From Gemmatimonadales bacterium UBA7835 (GTDB lineage Bacteria > Gemmatimonadota > Gemmatimonadetes > Longimicrobiales > Gaopeijiaceae): 64,000 bases of DNA. A program made the translations under genes and the position numbers. Positions 1-10,254 of this stretch are shown here, in pieces. Below the pieces are notes generated by a model. It worked only from the letters and a program-made list of their open reading frames with translations, ran no database searches and was not told where the DNA came from. The stretch spans positions 5,291 to 69,290 of the forward strand of contig DLTN01000123.1 of NCBI GenBank assembly GCA_002500925.1, written 5' to 3'. Each line of letters begins with the position of its first letter. Position 1 is the first letter of the stretch.

Positions 1-13
1 GAATCGCATCACT

Positions 14-517
14 ATGGCCCGCTGCATAGGAACTCTCTGCCTCGCTGGCTTGGTGACCTATGCAGAGTCGCTCGGCACTTTGGGCCGTTGGTCCATCGTC
101 GGGCTAGGCACGGGAATCATGTTGCTCGATGGGGTCGATGGCTGGGTCGCTCGTCGGACCGGTACATCAACAGAGTTCGGTGCGCGATTCGATATGGAAA
201 CGGATGCGGCGCTGATGCTCGTACTTTCAGCCCTAGTTTGGGCTGAAGACAGGACGGGAGCGTGGGTCCTTCTCATAGGTGCGATGCGATACCTCTTTTT
301 AGGTGCAGGATTGGTCCTGCCGGCCCTCCGTGGCGAACTTGCCCCTAGCTTTCGAAGAAAACTGATCTGCGTCGTCCAGGGTATAGCACTCCTCATCGCA
401 CTCGGCCCTATCATCCCCGACTTTATCGCAGTTAGTGTGTCCGCTTTAGCAATGGCTATGTTGACTTGGTCATTCTCGATTGACGCGGTGTGGCTCCTCC
501 GACCCCGGCCTTTGTGA
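14..517 (+). CDS. CDP-alcohol phosphatidyltransferase family protein (may extend off the 5' window edge)
   Basis: DGVDGWVARRTGTSTEFGARFDMETD fits the D-G-x2-A-R-x8-G-x3-D-x3-D signature. The protein is a multi-TM hydrophobic protein. The frame is open back to nt 2. Confidence 0.8.
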   Translation: MARCIGTLCLAGLVTYAESLGTLGRWSIVGLGTGIMLLDGVDGWVARRTGTSTEFGARFDMETDAALMLVLSALVWAEDRTGAWVLLIGAMRYLFLGAGLVLPALRGELAPSFRRKLICVVQGIALLIALGPIIPDFIAVSVSALAMAMLTWSFSIDAVWLLRPRPL

Positions 518-1938
518 ACCTTCCAACACCTGCCCAGCACAGCTCCGACGTGAACCGCACCGTACCGCTGGGTTTTCGTGGAGGAGCAGCAGGCGCGCTC
601 GCCCCATTCCTCGTCTTCATCGGCGGTGTTTCCTGGCTTGGGATATCGGGCGCTTCCGATGAGACTGGCTTCGGTCCAATCCTGATTGCGTCACTCGGAG
701 CAGGCATTCTCCTAGCCAGAAAGCCCAGCCAGTACGCCGAAGCGGTGATCGAGGGAATGAGTCACCGAATCGTGATGATGCTCATTCTCGCATGGCTGCT
801 AGCGGGTATAATGGGGGTCGTCCTGCGAGAAAGCGGGCTCATCGACGCGCTAGTATGGACGGCCTCGTCAACCGGATTACAAGGCGGCGGTTTCGTAGTC
901 GCCACGTTCGTGGTCTGCTCCATTTTCTCTACAGCGACCGGGACCAGCCTGGGAACCATCTTGGTCTGCGCCCCCCTTCTATACCCGACTGCGGGATTAA
1001 TGGGCGCTGACGGGGCATTTACCATCGGTGCAGTCCTAGCCGGCGCTACTTTCGGCGACAATATCTCACCGATCTCTGATACTACCATCGCGTCGGCAAC
1101 GACTCAGGGAGCCGACCTCGGCGGAGTCGTCCGCTCACGTATGCGTTATGCTTTACCAGCCGGAGCAGTCGCGGTCACAGTCTTCGCACTGTTCGGAGGA
1201 GCATCGGGGACAGAGGTGCATCTCAGCCCCCAGGGGAACCCCGCGGGCCTGATCATGCTCTTGGTTCCCGCAGGAGTTCTCACTCTGCTACTCAGACGCA
1301 CTCATCTCGTCGTCGGACTTTTCGCGGGCATAGGATCAGGAATACTGCTCGGCCTAGTTCTAGGTCGTTTCGGGCTCTCTGATCTGCTGGTCTTAGACCG
1401 GGAGAACTTCATCGCTACAGGTATCATACTCGACGGTATGAGACGGGCGTTTGGTGTCTCAATCTTTACGATTCTGCTCATGGGCTTGGTAGGAGGCCTA
1501 ACAGCTTCCGGGCTCCTAGAACGGGTAATCGCATGGGTTACAGAACGTGCCACAAAGCGTCGCGACGCCGAGTGGTGGATCTTTGGCTCAATCAGCGGAG
1601 CTACACTCCTGACGACGCACTCAGCTGTCGCGATCCTGACCGTCGGGTCACTCGCAAGACAGGTAGGGATCAACGCCAATGTGGATCGATATCGCAGAGC
1701 AAACATTCTAGACGTAACCGTCTGCACATACCCGTTCCTGCTACCATTCTTCATTCCGACCATTCTTGCCGCATCCATGACTGCAGGGATCGACACTATG
1801 CCGACGATTTCGCCATGGACTGCGGGACTGCACAATGCGCACTCGTGGAGCCTCTTGATGGTCTTGGTCGCGACAATCGCCATGGGACAGCGGCAGCGTG
1901 GTCAAGACAACACCGAAGTGCCACCCTCTCTGGTTTAG
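490..1938 (+). CDS. NhaC-family Na+/H+ antiporter-like membrane transporter
   Basis: A 482 aa polytopic membrane ORF with a GDNISPISDTTIASATTQG block typical of the NhaC family. The start is uncertain: the GTG at 490 overlaps the upstream gene end. Confidence 0.75.
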   Translation: MAPPTPAFVNLPTPAQHSSDVNRTVPLGFRGGAAGALAPFLVFIGGVSWLGISGASDETGFGPILIASLGAGILLARKPSQYAEAVIEGMSHRIVMMLILAWLLAGIMGVVLRESGLIDALVWTASSTGLQGGGFVVATFVVCSIFSTATGTSLGTILVCAPLLYPTAGLMGADGAFTIGAVLAGATFGDNISPISDTTIASATTQGADLGGVVRSRMRYALPAGAVAVTVFALFGGASGTEVHLSPQGNPAGLIMLLVPAGVLTLLLRRTHLVVGLFAGIGSGILLGLVLGRFGLSDLLVLDRENFIATGIILDGMRRAFGVSIFTILLMGLVGGLTASGLLERVIAWVTERATKRRDAEWWIFGSISGATLLTTHSAVAILTVGSLARQVGINANVDRYRRANILDVTVCTYPFLLPFFIPTILAASMTAGIDTMPTISPWTAGLHNAHSWSLLMVLVATIAMGQRQRGQDNTEVPPSLV

Positions 1939-1953
1939 AAGAATGCACTGAGA

Positions 1954-2388
1954 TCAGGTAACAGTGATCCTTCCCTGCGCTTCTATGCAAACGTCTGCTC
2001 GATCTGGGAAACGAACAATGTCAGTCCTAGTCACCTCAAGAATCGGTATCGGAGCGTACCCAAGCTCTAGTCCCACGATACTGCCCAGTGCAAGAATTGC
2101 GTCCGCCTTACCCATCAGGATCGCGGCAGGTGCAGTACCCTCGCGAAGAAGTTCCAGCAGGATCGCACTTGAGGAACTAGAACCCACCGCCCCGGGGATA
2201 AGCAAAACAGTACCAGTTATGCAGAGCTCGAACTCGGGGTGCCGTGGATCTACTATAAGACCCGAAACGGGATCAACACCGCCCCAGAAACTTATCGGTC
2301 GGGTGAGCTTGAGCAGCGGCCCTCTAGCCTGCCCTTCCACGAGCGGCCTTCCCTTCAGTTCAATGGATGGCTCACCGACCCTTACCAC
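1954..2388 (-). CDS. Aconitase X swivel-domain small subunit (DUF126, AcnXS)
   Basis: ISFWGGVDPVSGLI ... IPGAVGSSSSSAILLELLREGTAPAAIL is the DUF126 pattern. The start overlaps the stop of the upstream DUF521 gene by 7 nt. Confidence 0.85.
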   Translation of the reverse strand: MVRVGEPSIELKGRPLVEGQARGPLLKLTRPISFWGGVDPVSGLIVDPRHPEFELCITGTVLLIPGAVGSSSSSAILLELLREGTAPAAILMGKADAILALGSIVGLELGYAPIPILEVTRTDIVRFPDRADVCIEAQGRITVT

Positions 2389-3695
2389 GTCCAGACCTCG
2401 TGATTTCGCACAACGGAACCAGTAATAGACGACTCCACACAGTCTTCTAATGAACCGTAAAGAACGTCATACCCGGTATTAGACGGACCGTAATGAGCAA
2501 ACTTACCTGAGTTAGTCATGAGTACCCCACCCTTCGCTTCTAGAATCGGGGTAACCACCACACACGTGTCCGCTACAATCTCAACGCCCGACTCTCTAAG
2601 GTCTTTCGAGATCCCAGCTGCATCCATTTCAGACAGCGTATCCCTTGCCGTGCATACGTAGAAGGGCACCCCGAGACGGCGACCTCGCAGGCATCGATGA
2701 AGTGCTCGGAATTCTAAGTCGCTGAAGTGTGGACTTCCTAAAGCAACCGCATCAATGCGTTCGGTATCACCTGCAGTACTCAAGCGCTCCAGGGCAGCCT
2801 GGATACCATGAGGTTCAAGTTCAATCGTTCGAACTAGGTCAGCGCCAGCAAAACTATTCTCGTCTGTCAGATTGGCGACGGGCCGATCGGAATCTGACTT
2901 AAGAATAGACTCCACCGTAGGTGCCTCTGGGGTCACTCCTTCTACGTGAAACAATGCGACAGCACCCGACGAAGCACCTGCGGCACCCAGCGCTTTTAAC
3001 TGGTCTCGCGTCGTCGTGCTTGGTAGGCCCCTGATCACAGAAATTTCACTACCTAACTCCAAGCCGAGCCACGTACCCAAAACCGGGTAAAAAACGTCCC
3101 GTGACTTCAAAGTCACTGGGACGCGGGTGGCATCCACCACTACAGTCGCTTTCCTATTCTCTTCTACGTGCAGGCCATAGAACGGCGCTCGTGCAGTCAG
3201 CGCACAGCAGGCGTCCAAAAAATCACCGTAACGCTCGGTGCGAGCGCCAAGAACTGAGTTAACAAACGCGATCGCATTTGACTCACCCCAAGCAACCTGC
3301 TCACCAACCTTAGGTTCGTGGCCAACTTGATACGGCGCACAGGTAAACGTCGGCTGAGCACCCAGCGCTACGTACGCTTCCATTTGTCTGCGCGCCATAT
3401 CGGTCTTGTGAGCATCCGCTTGGACGACATCGGGATGCAAAAGATCGAGTGCCCCCACGTTAAGCGTCGTCGGAACCGCTACTTGACCCCCACCTTTCAC
3501 GAGCGCCTCTGCGAACTCCACCCCACCATCCCCGTGGTAGAGGCATCCGTCTATATGGGAAGACGAAATCTCTACCAGCGACTCCACGCCAAGAAGCTCG
3601 GCCGCCGCGATAACTACACGCATACACATCGCTGTAGCTTCCCCGGAAGATCCGGCTAGGAGTTCACGCTCAGTCTGAGTAAGGTGGAGTGGCAT
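2382..3695 (-). CDS. Aconitase X catalytic large subunit (DUF521, AcnXL)
   Basis: A 437 aa ORF. The N-terminus LTQTERELLAGSSGEATAMCMRVVIAAAELLG...SSSHIDGCLY matches the DUF521/AcnX catalytic domain. It is translationally coupled to the DUF126 gene. Confidence 0.87.
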   Translation of the reverse strand: MPLHLTQTERELLAGSSGEATAMCMRVVIAAAELLGVESLVEISSSHIDGCLYHGDGGVEFAEALVKGGGQVAVPTTLNVGALDLLHPDVVQADAHKTDMARRQMEAYVALGAQPTFTCAPYQVGHEPKVGEQVAWGESNAIAFVNSVLGARTERYGDFLDACCALTARAPFYGLHVEENRKATVVVDATRVPVTLKSRDVFYPVLGTWLGLELGSEISVIRGLPSTTTRDQLKALGAAGASSGAVALFHVEGVTPEAPTVESILKSDSDRPVANLTDENSFAGADLVRTIELEPHGIQAALERLSTAGDTERIDAVALGSPHFSDLEFRALHRCLRGRRLGVPFYVCTARDTLSEMDAAGISKDLRESGVEIVADTCVVVTPILEAKGGVLMTNSGKFAHYGPSNTGYDVLYGSLEDCVESSITGSVVRNHEVWTW

Positions 3696-3766
3696 GAATG
3701 AGAGGCTACCCTACACTGACGCTCCAGACCAGCTTGATTGCATTCGGTCTCAAAAACCCCCAGGAA

Positions 3767-4231
3767 ATGTCCCTCTTCACAATTAACGAACGTGTCCGCT
3801 GGTCAGCGGTCGATAAAGCTGGAATCATCTTCTATGGCGCGTATGTACGCTTCTTCGAACTCGCCGAGATGGAACTCTTCCGCAGTGCAGGCGTGCCCTA
3901 CTCCGAAGTCTTCGACCGATGGGATATGTGGCTCCCCAGGGTGCATCTTGAGTCGGACTTCCATTACCCATCACGGCTAGACGACGAACTACGCGTCGCT
4001 GCCTACTTTACTAAGTTCGGAACCAGCTCCCTGCAGATCAACTTCGACGTGCTCCACCTAGACGCCGGGCGACTTGCCGTATCGGGACACGAAGTGCTCG
4101 TTTGCACGACACGGGACACTCTTGAGACCCGGCCGCTGCCGAAAGAACTCATCAAGATCCTCCGACCCTACTGCATGACCGTGGAGGAGGCTCGTGCAGA
4201 ACTGGCTCTGCAGGGCGATCTGAGCCAATGA
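3767..4231 (+). CDS. 4HBT/YbgC-like acyl-CoA thioesterase
   Basis: Hotdog-fold pattern VRWSAVDKAGIIFYGAYVRFFELAEMELFR ... PRVHLESDFHYP. I prefer the ATG at 3767 (154 aa). The ORF-track start at 3698 would lie only 2 nt from the divergent AcnX start. Confidence 0.75.
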   Translation: MSLFTINERVRWSAVDKAGIIFYGAYVRFFELAEMELFRSAGVPYSEVFDRWDMWLPRVHLESDFHYPSRLDDELRVAAYFTKFGTSSLQINFDVLHLDAGRLAVSGHEVLVCTTRDTLETRPLPKELIKILRPYCMTVEEARAELALQGDLSQ

Positions 4232-5205
4232 GCACATCTGACCCCATTCCGATTCCATCGACCCAAGAAATCTACGAAGCACGCGAACGCATAACCGAAG
4301 ACGTCACCTGCTCACCACTGATTCCATTGGACGGATACGGACGGGGTCAAGGTGGGATCTGGCTTAAGCTGGAATGTTTGCAATCGATCGGATCGTTCAA
4401 GATCCGGGGAGCAGCCAATGCGATCGGTCTAGCAGATTCCGCACAACTAGAGCATGGGGTCTATACAGCCAGTGCTGGCAACATGGCTCAAGGCGTCGCC
4501 CTCGCGGCAAAACGACTGGGTCTGCCTTGTCGTGTCATCGTTCCAGACACAGCCCCCAAAGCAAAGACGGATGCGATAAAACAGCTTCAAGCAGAAGTGG
4601 TTTCAGTTCCATTCAACGAATGGTGGCAGGTTCTAGTAGAGCACGGGCACCCGTCGGAGACAGGTTTTTTCATCCATCCAGTGAGCAATCCAGACGTGAT
4701 CGCAGGGAATGGCACAGTTGGCCTAGAGATTATGGAACAACTTCCCGATGTCGATGCCATCGTGGTTCCGTTCGGGGGAGGAGGCTTGAGTTGCGGGATC
4801 GCAGCGGCCATTCGAGAACGTACACCCAGCATCCCAGTGTACGCTGCTGAAGTCGAAACAGCGGCCCCTCTTTCTGCTTCCTTTTCTTCGGGTGCCGCGA
4901 CCGCGATCAGGCGCACCCCTACCTTCGTCGACGGAATCGGGGGGACTAGTGTGCTGGAAGACATGTGGCCACTGGCTCGCGTGCTTATCGAAAGCTCACT
5001 GATCGTTTCAATTTCTGAGGTCTGCGATGCCATTCGCACCCTTGTATCCAAGGCTCACGTTATCGCAGAGGGGGCAGGTGCTAGCTCCGTTGCGGCCGCG
5101 CTCCATCACCTGCCGAGCAATCAACGGACGGTCGCTGTGGTATCCGGCGGCAATATCGATAGAAGCGTACTGAAACAAATTTTGTCTGGCGAAACACCCC
5201 GCTAA
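4228..5205 (+). CDS. PLP-dependent threonine/serine dehydratase family enzyme (Trp-synthase-beta fold)
   Basis: Has the SFKIRGA PLP-lysine motif and a GGGGL glycine loop. It is 325 aa. The start shares an ATGA overlap with the thioesterase stop. Confidence 0.85.
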   Translation: MSTSDPIPIPSTQEIYEARERITEDVTCSPLIPLDGYGRGQGGIWLKLECLQSIGSFKIRGAANAIGLADSAQLEHGVYTASAGNMAQGVALAAKRLGLPCRVIVPDTAPKAKTDAIKQLQAEVVSVPFNEWWQVLVEHGHPSETGFFIHPVSNPDVIAGNGTVGLEIMEQLPDVDAIVVPFGGGGLSCGIAAAIRERTPSIPVYAAEVETAAPLSASFSSGAATAIRRTPTFVDGIGGTSVLEDMWPLARVLIESSLIVSISEVCDAIRTLVSKAHVIAEGAGASSVAAALHHLPSNQRTVAVVSGGNIDRSVLKQILSGETPR

Positions 5206-5282
5206 CTACAACGTCCAGCTAAGCCCTCACAAACTGACGGACCCTGGTGACCAAGCATCGGTGACCACCCATGATTCGCCCG

Positions 5283-8200
5283 TCACTTTTCGAAAGAACG
5301 GACCTTTTGGAACTGTTCGAACTCAGGTGATACAACATCACCCGTATGTTCTTCCGCCCACGCCGCAAGCGGCGAAGAAACATTCCCATATTCGTCCCGA
5401 CGTGCACGACATATATCTGAGAAGTCGCAGTACTTGCAGTCTTCGGGATCGTCAGTAGGCACAAAGCGCCCTCTCACTACGCCATCCAAGAGAAATTCGA
5501 GGAGATCCTCGAGCCGGCTCATCTCATCCCGATCATAGATGAACCTTTGATTCTGACCGCTCCTTGTCGGAAAGTGGTACTGACCGTCTACCACCTCTAC
5601 ACCAAGCCGCTCCTCAGCAACCCTGGCATATATGGCGTGTTGTAGACGGCGGCCTCCTCCAAATACATCCGCACCATAGCGTTTCGCGCTGCCGGTCTTG
5701 TAATCAATCACATGTAGACCGTGAAGATCTTGGTCCACTCGATCGATGGCACCTCTGAGACGCAAGCGCCCTCCCTCTAATTCGATTGCCACTGGCTCAT
5801 CACCGTCAATCCCGAATTTCAGCTCAAGGGCGATACTGTCAGCGCTGTCACTCCGAATCATCCGGACAAACGAGCGCACGTCTTCCCTAAGACCGGCGAC
5901 CTCTCTGCTGAGTGCACCCTCTCCCGGAGCCGGGACTTGGGACCGGAATACATCGACCCGTTCTTGTAGAATATCCAGTGCTCGCATCTCAAATTCGGCT
6001 TCGTCTGGCTCGATCCCATCTGCCCGAGACGTTCGCAGAGACGCTTCGAACACGCTGTGAAGCAGGCTGCCACGCTGACGTGGGTCCAACCACCGGTCTG
6101 GGTCCAGTTCCGGATCATCCGGCGAACGAATTCCCAGAACCACACTGTGCAGGTACCGAAGCGGACAGCTGGCCAGTGCCTCCAGGCGACTGGCTGAAAG
6201 GACAACTCCGTCCTTCGCACGAGGATCTAATTCCTCAGGTCGTGGCTGGATTATCCCGTGAACCTCGCCTGGCTCACCAAACATTCTCTCCTCAGCAGCA
6301 GCTAGGCCACGATCAAGCCCTGGAAACGATCCACGCACCGACTCGACACCTCGCTTGATACTTGAGCTAGTTCCTAACGCCCGCATCCACACATCATCTC
6401 CATCAAGCGCTGGACTCTCTGCCCCCGGGATCGCGCTGATGACGGGACCGATCACCTTCTGAAGATCGTCAAACGTCAACGATACATCACCGCGCGCCAA
6501 CCGAAGCGCGTGCAGCAAGATAGAAGAGGGGGCAATGGTCTGAGCCCCGGAAACATCCCACGCTCCAAAGCTCATCGTGACGACGCCCCTAAGACGTGCG
6601 AACATCGCAGCGAAGCTGAAAAGCCTCTCACGAAAAAGCTCAGTTGAAGTGAGCAGGCCGGTTCCGAGCACTCTGCGATCGCTGTCCAGGAGCACTGCGT
6701 CCTGCCTCACTCCTCCTGGCATCCTTTCCGCATCGAGCCCTACAACGAAAACTGCCTCACGACCCGAGTAACCTCCATGCTCCAAATCGCTCAGGTGAAG
6801 AGCCCCGCCTGTCGACGTCCAAGGTGCCCCTGCCCCGTCAGGATCATCACCAAAGATCTCCGGACGTACTCGGAGGTCCAAGTGACGTCGAAGAATCGAG
6901 ACCGCAGAACGAAACTCCGTCCTGCGATTTAGCGTAGCCTCAATCCGCTCAAGAACTCGGGATACCTCCTCTCGCGCGCGGCGATCTGCCCCACGTCCAC
7001 GTGGTACTCTACGTAAAAAAGACCGAAGACCACGCGCGATCTCTGCGGGTGAGACGCGATCGCCCTCTCCACCCATACGATCAGGGATCGCCGGTGTCTC
7101 CTTGAGAGGCGGGAACAGGATCGCCCGGATCGCTTCTGTTTCCTCTCGCACTCGGTTCCGGCGACGTTCGAAACTGTCTACGGGCTCCGCCTGGCCCCTC
7201 TCCATGCGGTCTACCCCCTTTAGGGCCTCCTGAATCTGAGTGCGGTAGCGTTTACGACCCCAACCGACTCTTAAACTCCGGAACCTCCGAGCCAATGCAG
7301 CCGGCGCATGATTTCCTCTGCCTTTGGGTGGCCGGAGGTCTCCAGCTTCAAGAAGACGGCGGATCAACGAAGCATGAAAACCCTCTTCGATCCAGTCCAG
7401 GTATGCTTTCACAACACGACCCGTTCGGGTCCGGCTAATCGGCAGTCCTCCTGCGTATGTGACCGGAATCCCAAGCTGACTCGCTATAGCATGAAGCGCC
7501 GAACCATAAGTCGTCCCGTCTGCGGCTATGATCTCAACTTGGTCCCACGAGAGGCCACGCTCTACCACGCGCCTCAAGACCTCACGCAACTCGGCGTCAA
7601 TTGATGCTGCGCTGAAGAAGACAAGCTCACCTCCTCCAACTGCTTCTCCGGGCGCGTATAGGTGGGATCCTGAGGATGGCTCTCCGGATCGACCCCAAAG
7701 CAGCGACCTAGGAACATCCAGCCCGATCACAGGATCAGTCTCGAGCACACGACCTCCGCGCGCAGACATCGCCGAGATCAAGTTGCCATAAAGTCCCCGC
7801 ATCGATAATCCCGGCAGGAGGAGAAGCTGATCGGCTTCCAGCGCCGCTGGCATACGGCCTCCCTCCGTTTCTAGCTCCGCCATCGCGAGTCGAAGCACCG
7901 TCGCCGTATCTGCTCGACACCGCTCTGTCAACAAACGCTCATACCGCTGGAGCACCCGAACTAAGAAGAGCTTTTTTCCCCACTGAACAAAACGGGCATC
8001 GTCAAGCTTTCGTGGACAGACTTCCGCCAACCTTAAAGCTAGGATTGCTCCATGTACTCGATCCCGGAACCCAACCCCTTCCGACAGCTCACCAAAAACT
8101 CCTTCCTCATCAGTTAGGGCAGAATCTAAAGCACGATCCAGAAGCGCTGCCTGCTCGAACTTATCGACAACATCAAGGTTCTCTCGGTCTAAGCCTCTCT

Positions 8201-8417
8201 GTGCCAGCTTCTGAGCAAGCCTCTGGAGTGTGAGCACCTCAAACCCAACCCAGCCTTCTCCAACTATTGCCAGTCGCCTTAATAGTTCTCGTCCGGCCGC
8301 ATGCGTAGGCGCGACGATAAGCTTCCGAGCAAGTCGATGCCGCCGAGATACGGCAGCAAGAGAATCGACGAGTCGAGGTGTGGTAGTGGTGTCGATCATT
8401 TTACGGTGAAAACCCAT
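5283..8417 (-). CDS. AddB-like PD-(D/E)XK helicase-nuclease subunit with C-terminal Fe-S cysteines
   Basis: A 1044 aa ORF. Nuclease motif HVIDYKTGSAK. Cysteine set SCPLRY ... CKYCDFSDIC is typical of the AddB iron-staple nuclease domain. I saw no GxxxxGK[ST] P-loop on reading. Confidence 0.78.
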   Translation of the reverse strand: MGFHRKMIDTTTTPRLVDSLAAVSRRHRLARKLIVAPTHAAGRELLRRLAIVGEGWVGFEVLTLQRLAQKLAQRGLDRENLDVVDKFEQAALLDRALDSALTDEEGVFGELSEGVGFRDRVHGAILALRLAEVCPRKLDDARFVQWGKKLFLVRVLQRYERLLTERCRADTATVLRLAMAELETEGGRMPAALEADQLLLLPGLSMRGLYGNLISAMSARGGRVLETDPVIGLDVPRSLLWGRSGEPSSGSHLYAPGEAVGGGELVFFSAASIDAELREVLRRVVERGLSWDQVEIIAADGTTYGSALHAIASQLGIPVTYAGGLPISRTRTGRVVKAYLDWIEEGFHASLIRRLLEAGDLRPPKGRGNHAPAALARRFRSLRVGWGRKRYRTQIQEALKGVDRMERGQAEPVDSFERRRNRVREETEAIRAILFPPLKETPAIPDRMGGEGDRVSPAEIARGLRSFLRRVPRGRGADRRAREEVSRVLERIEATLNRRTEFRSAVSILRRHLDLRVRPEIFGDDPDGAGAPWTSTGGALHLSDLEHGGYSGREAVFVVGLDAERMPGGVRQDAVLLDSDRRVLGTGLLTSTELFRERLFSFAAMFARLRGVVTMSFGAWDVSGAQTIAPSSILLHALRLARGDVSLTFDDLQKVIGPVISAIPGAESPALDGDDVWMRALGTSSSIKRGVESVRGSFPGLDRGLAAAEERMFGEPGEVHGIIQPRPEELDPRAKDGVVLSASRLEALASCPLRYLHSVVLGIRSPDDPELDPDRWLDPRQRGSLLHSVFEASLRTSRADGIEPDEAEFEMRALDILQERVDVFRSQVPAPGEGALSREVAGLREDVRSFVRMIRSDSADSIALELKFGIDGDEPVAIELEGGRLRLRGAIDRVDQDLHGLHVIDYKTGSAKRYGADVFGGGRRLQHAIYARVAEERLGVEVVDGQYHFPTRSGQNQRFIYDRDEMSRLEDLLEFLLDGVVRGRFVPTDDPEDCKYCDFSDICRARRDEYGNVSSPLAAWAEEHTGDVVSPEFEQFQKVRSFEK

Positions 8418-8534
8418 CGGCTAGCATTAGAGCCAAGATACGTTTATCGCACGGCGTGGGGGAGAGCCCGTAGCGCCAAGGTCGCATCTCCCGTAGCCTT
8501 TCCAATGTCCATCACGATACGACGTGAGCTTACC

Positions 8535-9782
8535 ATGATTCGATGCACCCTAACCTCCAAATTCACCGTAGCAATGCTCTTCACATTGGCAACTGCGGTT
8601 ACTCCCTCACTTTCAGCTGGTCAGGACTACTGGCCTGGCGCTCACCTCGACTGGGAGCGGCTAGATCCGGCCTCAGCAGGTTTTGATCCTGTAAAGCTCG
8701 CCGAAGCGGTCCGGTTCGCTATAGCCGCGGAGTCAACCTCACCCAGAGATCTGGCACTCAATCACGACATGTCATTTGGCCGAGAGCCGAGAGGCGAGGC
8801 GATCGGGCCATTCACGGTTCGTGCCCCTCAAAGTGGTGTCATCGTTCACAAGGGATATATCGTCGCTGAGTGGGGTGACCCCGAAAAAGTCGACAACACA
8901 TTCAGTGTAGCCAAAAGCTTTCTGTCCACGACTGTTGGCTTAGCTTGGGACCGAGGATTAATACGAAGCGTGGATGACCGGTTGCGTTCTTACATGCCGC
9001 CGATTGTCCTCGAGCCGGGGGATGGTGAGCCGAACGATCAGGAGGGGAGGCGCCCAAAGCTACTTTTCGAATCTGACAACAACCAGAAAATCACTTGGGA
9101 TCACCTGCTTCGGCAGACCAGTGATTGGGAGGGCACTTTATGGGGAAAGCCCGAATGGGCAGACCGGCCCGACCAAGATCGATCAACATGGCTAACGAGG
9201 GAACGTGTTGAACCCGGAACAGTGTATGAATACAACGACACTCGAGTGAACCTCCTCGCATTAGCCGCTACGAGTGTGTGGCGTCGTCCTCTGCCGGAGG
9301 TCCTGCGCGAATACGTTATGGACCCGATCGGTGCGTCACCCACCTGGCGCTGGCATGGTTATCAGAACTCTTGGATCATCATGGACGGGGTCATGGTGCA
9401 GGCGCCAAGCGGAGGGAGCCATTGGGGTGGAGGCATGCTAATCAATGCCTACGACCTCGCTCGCTTCGGATTGCTCACTATGCACAAAGGCATGTGGGAT
9501 GGGAAAAGGATCATCTCTGAGGAATGGATCGACCTGTCCACGACGCCAGGTGATGTAAACGAGTCATACGGCTTCATGAACTACATGCTAAACCCAGACG
9601 GCAGCCGCTACTCTAATGCGCCTGATTATACATGGACTCACTCAGGCGCGGGGTCAAACCTCGTTTACGTCGACCCTGCTAATGAGCTTGTGGTGGTTGC
9701 CCGCTGGATCCGAGGCAACCAAATGAATGACTTGCTCGGCCTAGTCTTTGACGCAATGGGAGACCTAGCAACCGCACGCTGA
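8535..9782 (+). CDS. Secreted serine hydrolase (beta-lactamase/transpeptidase-like family)
   Basis: Signal-peptide-like start MIRCTLTSKFTVAMLFTLATAV at the ATG at 8535. SxxK motif FSVAKSF. The longer track ORF from 8301 would overlap the AddB-like gene. Confidence 0.75.
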   Translation: MIRCTLTSKFTVAMLFTLATAVTPSLSAGQDYWPGAHLDWERLDPASAGFDPVKLAEAVRFAIAAESTSPRDLALNHDMSFGREPRGEAIGPFTVRAPQSGVIVHKGYIVAEWGDPEKVDNTFSVAKSFLSTTVGLAWDRGLIRSVDDRLRSYMPPIVLEPGDGEPNDQEGRRPKLLFESDNNQKITWDHLLRQTSDWEGTLWGKPEWADRPDQDRSTWLTRERVEPGTVYEYNDTRVNLLALAATSVWRRPLPEVLREYVMDPIGASPTWRWHGYQNSWIIMDGVMVQAPSGGSHWGGGMLINAYDLARFGLLTMHKGMWDGKRIISEEWIDLSTTPGDVNESYGFMNYMLNPDGSRYSNAPDYTWTHSGAGSNLVYVDPANELVVVARWIRGNQMNDLLGLVFDAMGDLATAR

Positions 9783-9852
9783 CCGGCAGTGTGAACGCCA
9801 CTCTGACGGTGGAGCCAGAAACAATAAGGAGAGGGGTCTCATTCTCTATTCT

Positions 9853-10224
9853 ATGATGAGAAGGTTCTCCTTAATCACACTGCTCATTTCAGTGGGTTGC
9901 TCGACAGGTAGCTCAACAGAGCCTGCCGCGTGCACAAAAGAGTATGTCTATGGGTTACATGCCCAAATCAAGGACGCTCGGAGCGACAGTGCTATCGCAC
10001 AAGGAACGATCCTCACACTTCAGGAGGGCAGCTATCAGGAAGTCGTGACCGAATCATGGGATGGATTGATGATGTTCGGCGCTGGTGAACGTCCGGGCGA
10101 GTACACAGTGACGGCCGAGCGTCTCGGCTACGATGAGTGGACGATGAGCGGAGTAGAGATTTTGTCGGACGGTTGCCACGTCATCCCGGTTTCATTGAGA
10201 GTTCAAATGGCACCGGCATCATGA
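9853..10224 (+). CDS. Small lipoprotein with carboxypeptidase-regulatory-like beta-sandwich
   Basis: Lipobox LLISVGC follows a basic N-terminus. The GEYTVTAERLGYDEW pattern resembles CarboxypepD_reg-like domains. Confidence 0.55.
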   Translation: MMRRFSLITLLISVGCSTGSSTEPAACTKEYVYGLHAQIKDARSDSAIAQGTILTLQEGSYQEVVTESWDGLMMFGAGERPGEYTVTAERLGYDEWTMSGVEILSDGCHVIPVSLRVQMAPAS

Positions 10225-10254
10225 CCCATCACCTAATGGAAAATCCGGCTGGGT

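Noticed and set aside
8301-8534. An N-terminal extension of the serine hydrolase ORF
   Set aside because: It would overlap the AddB-like gene by 117 nt. The internal ATG at 8535 gives a proper signal peptide.
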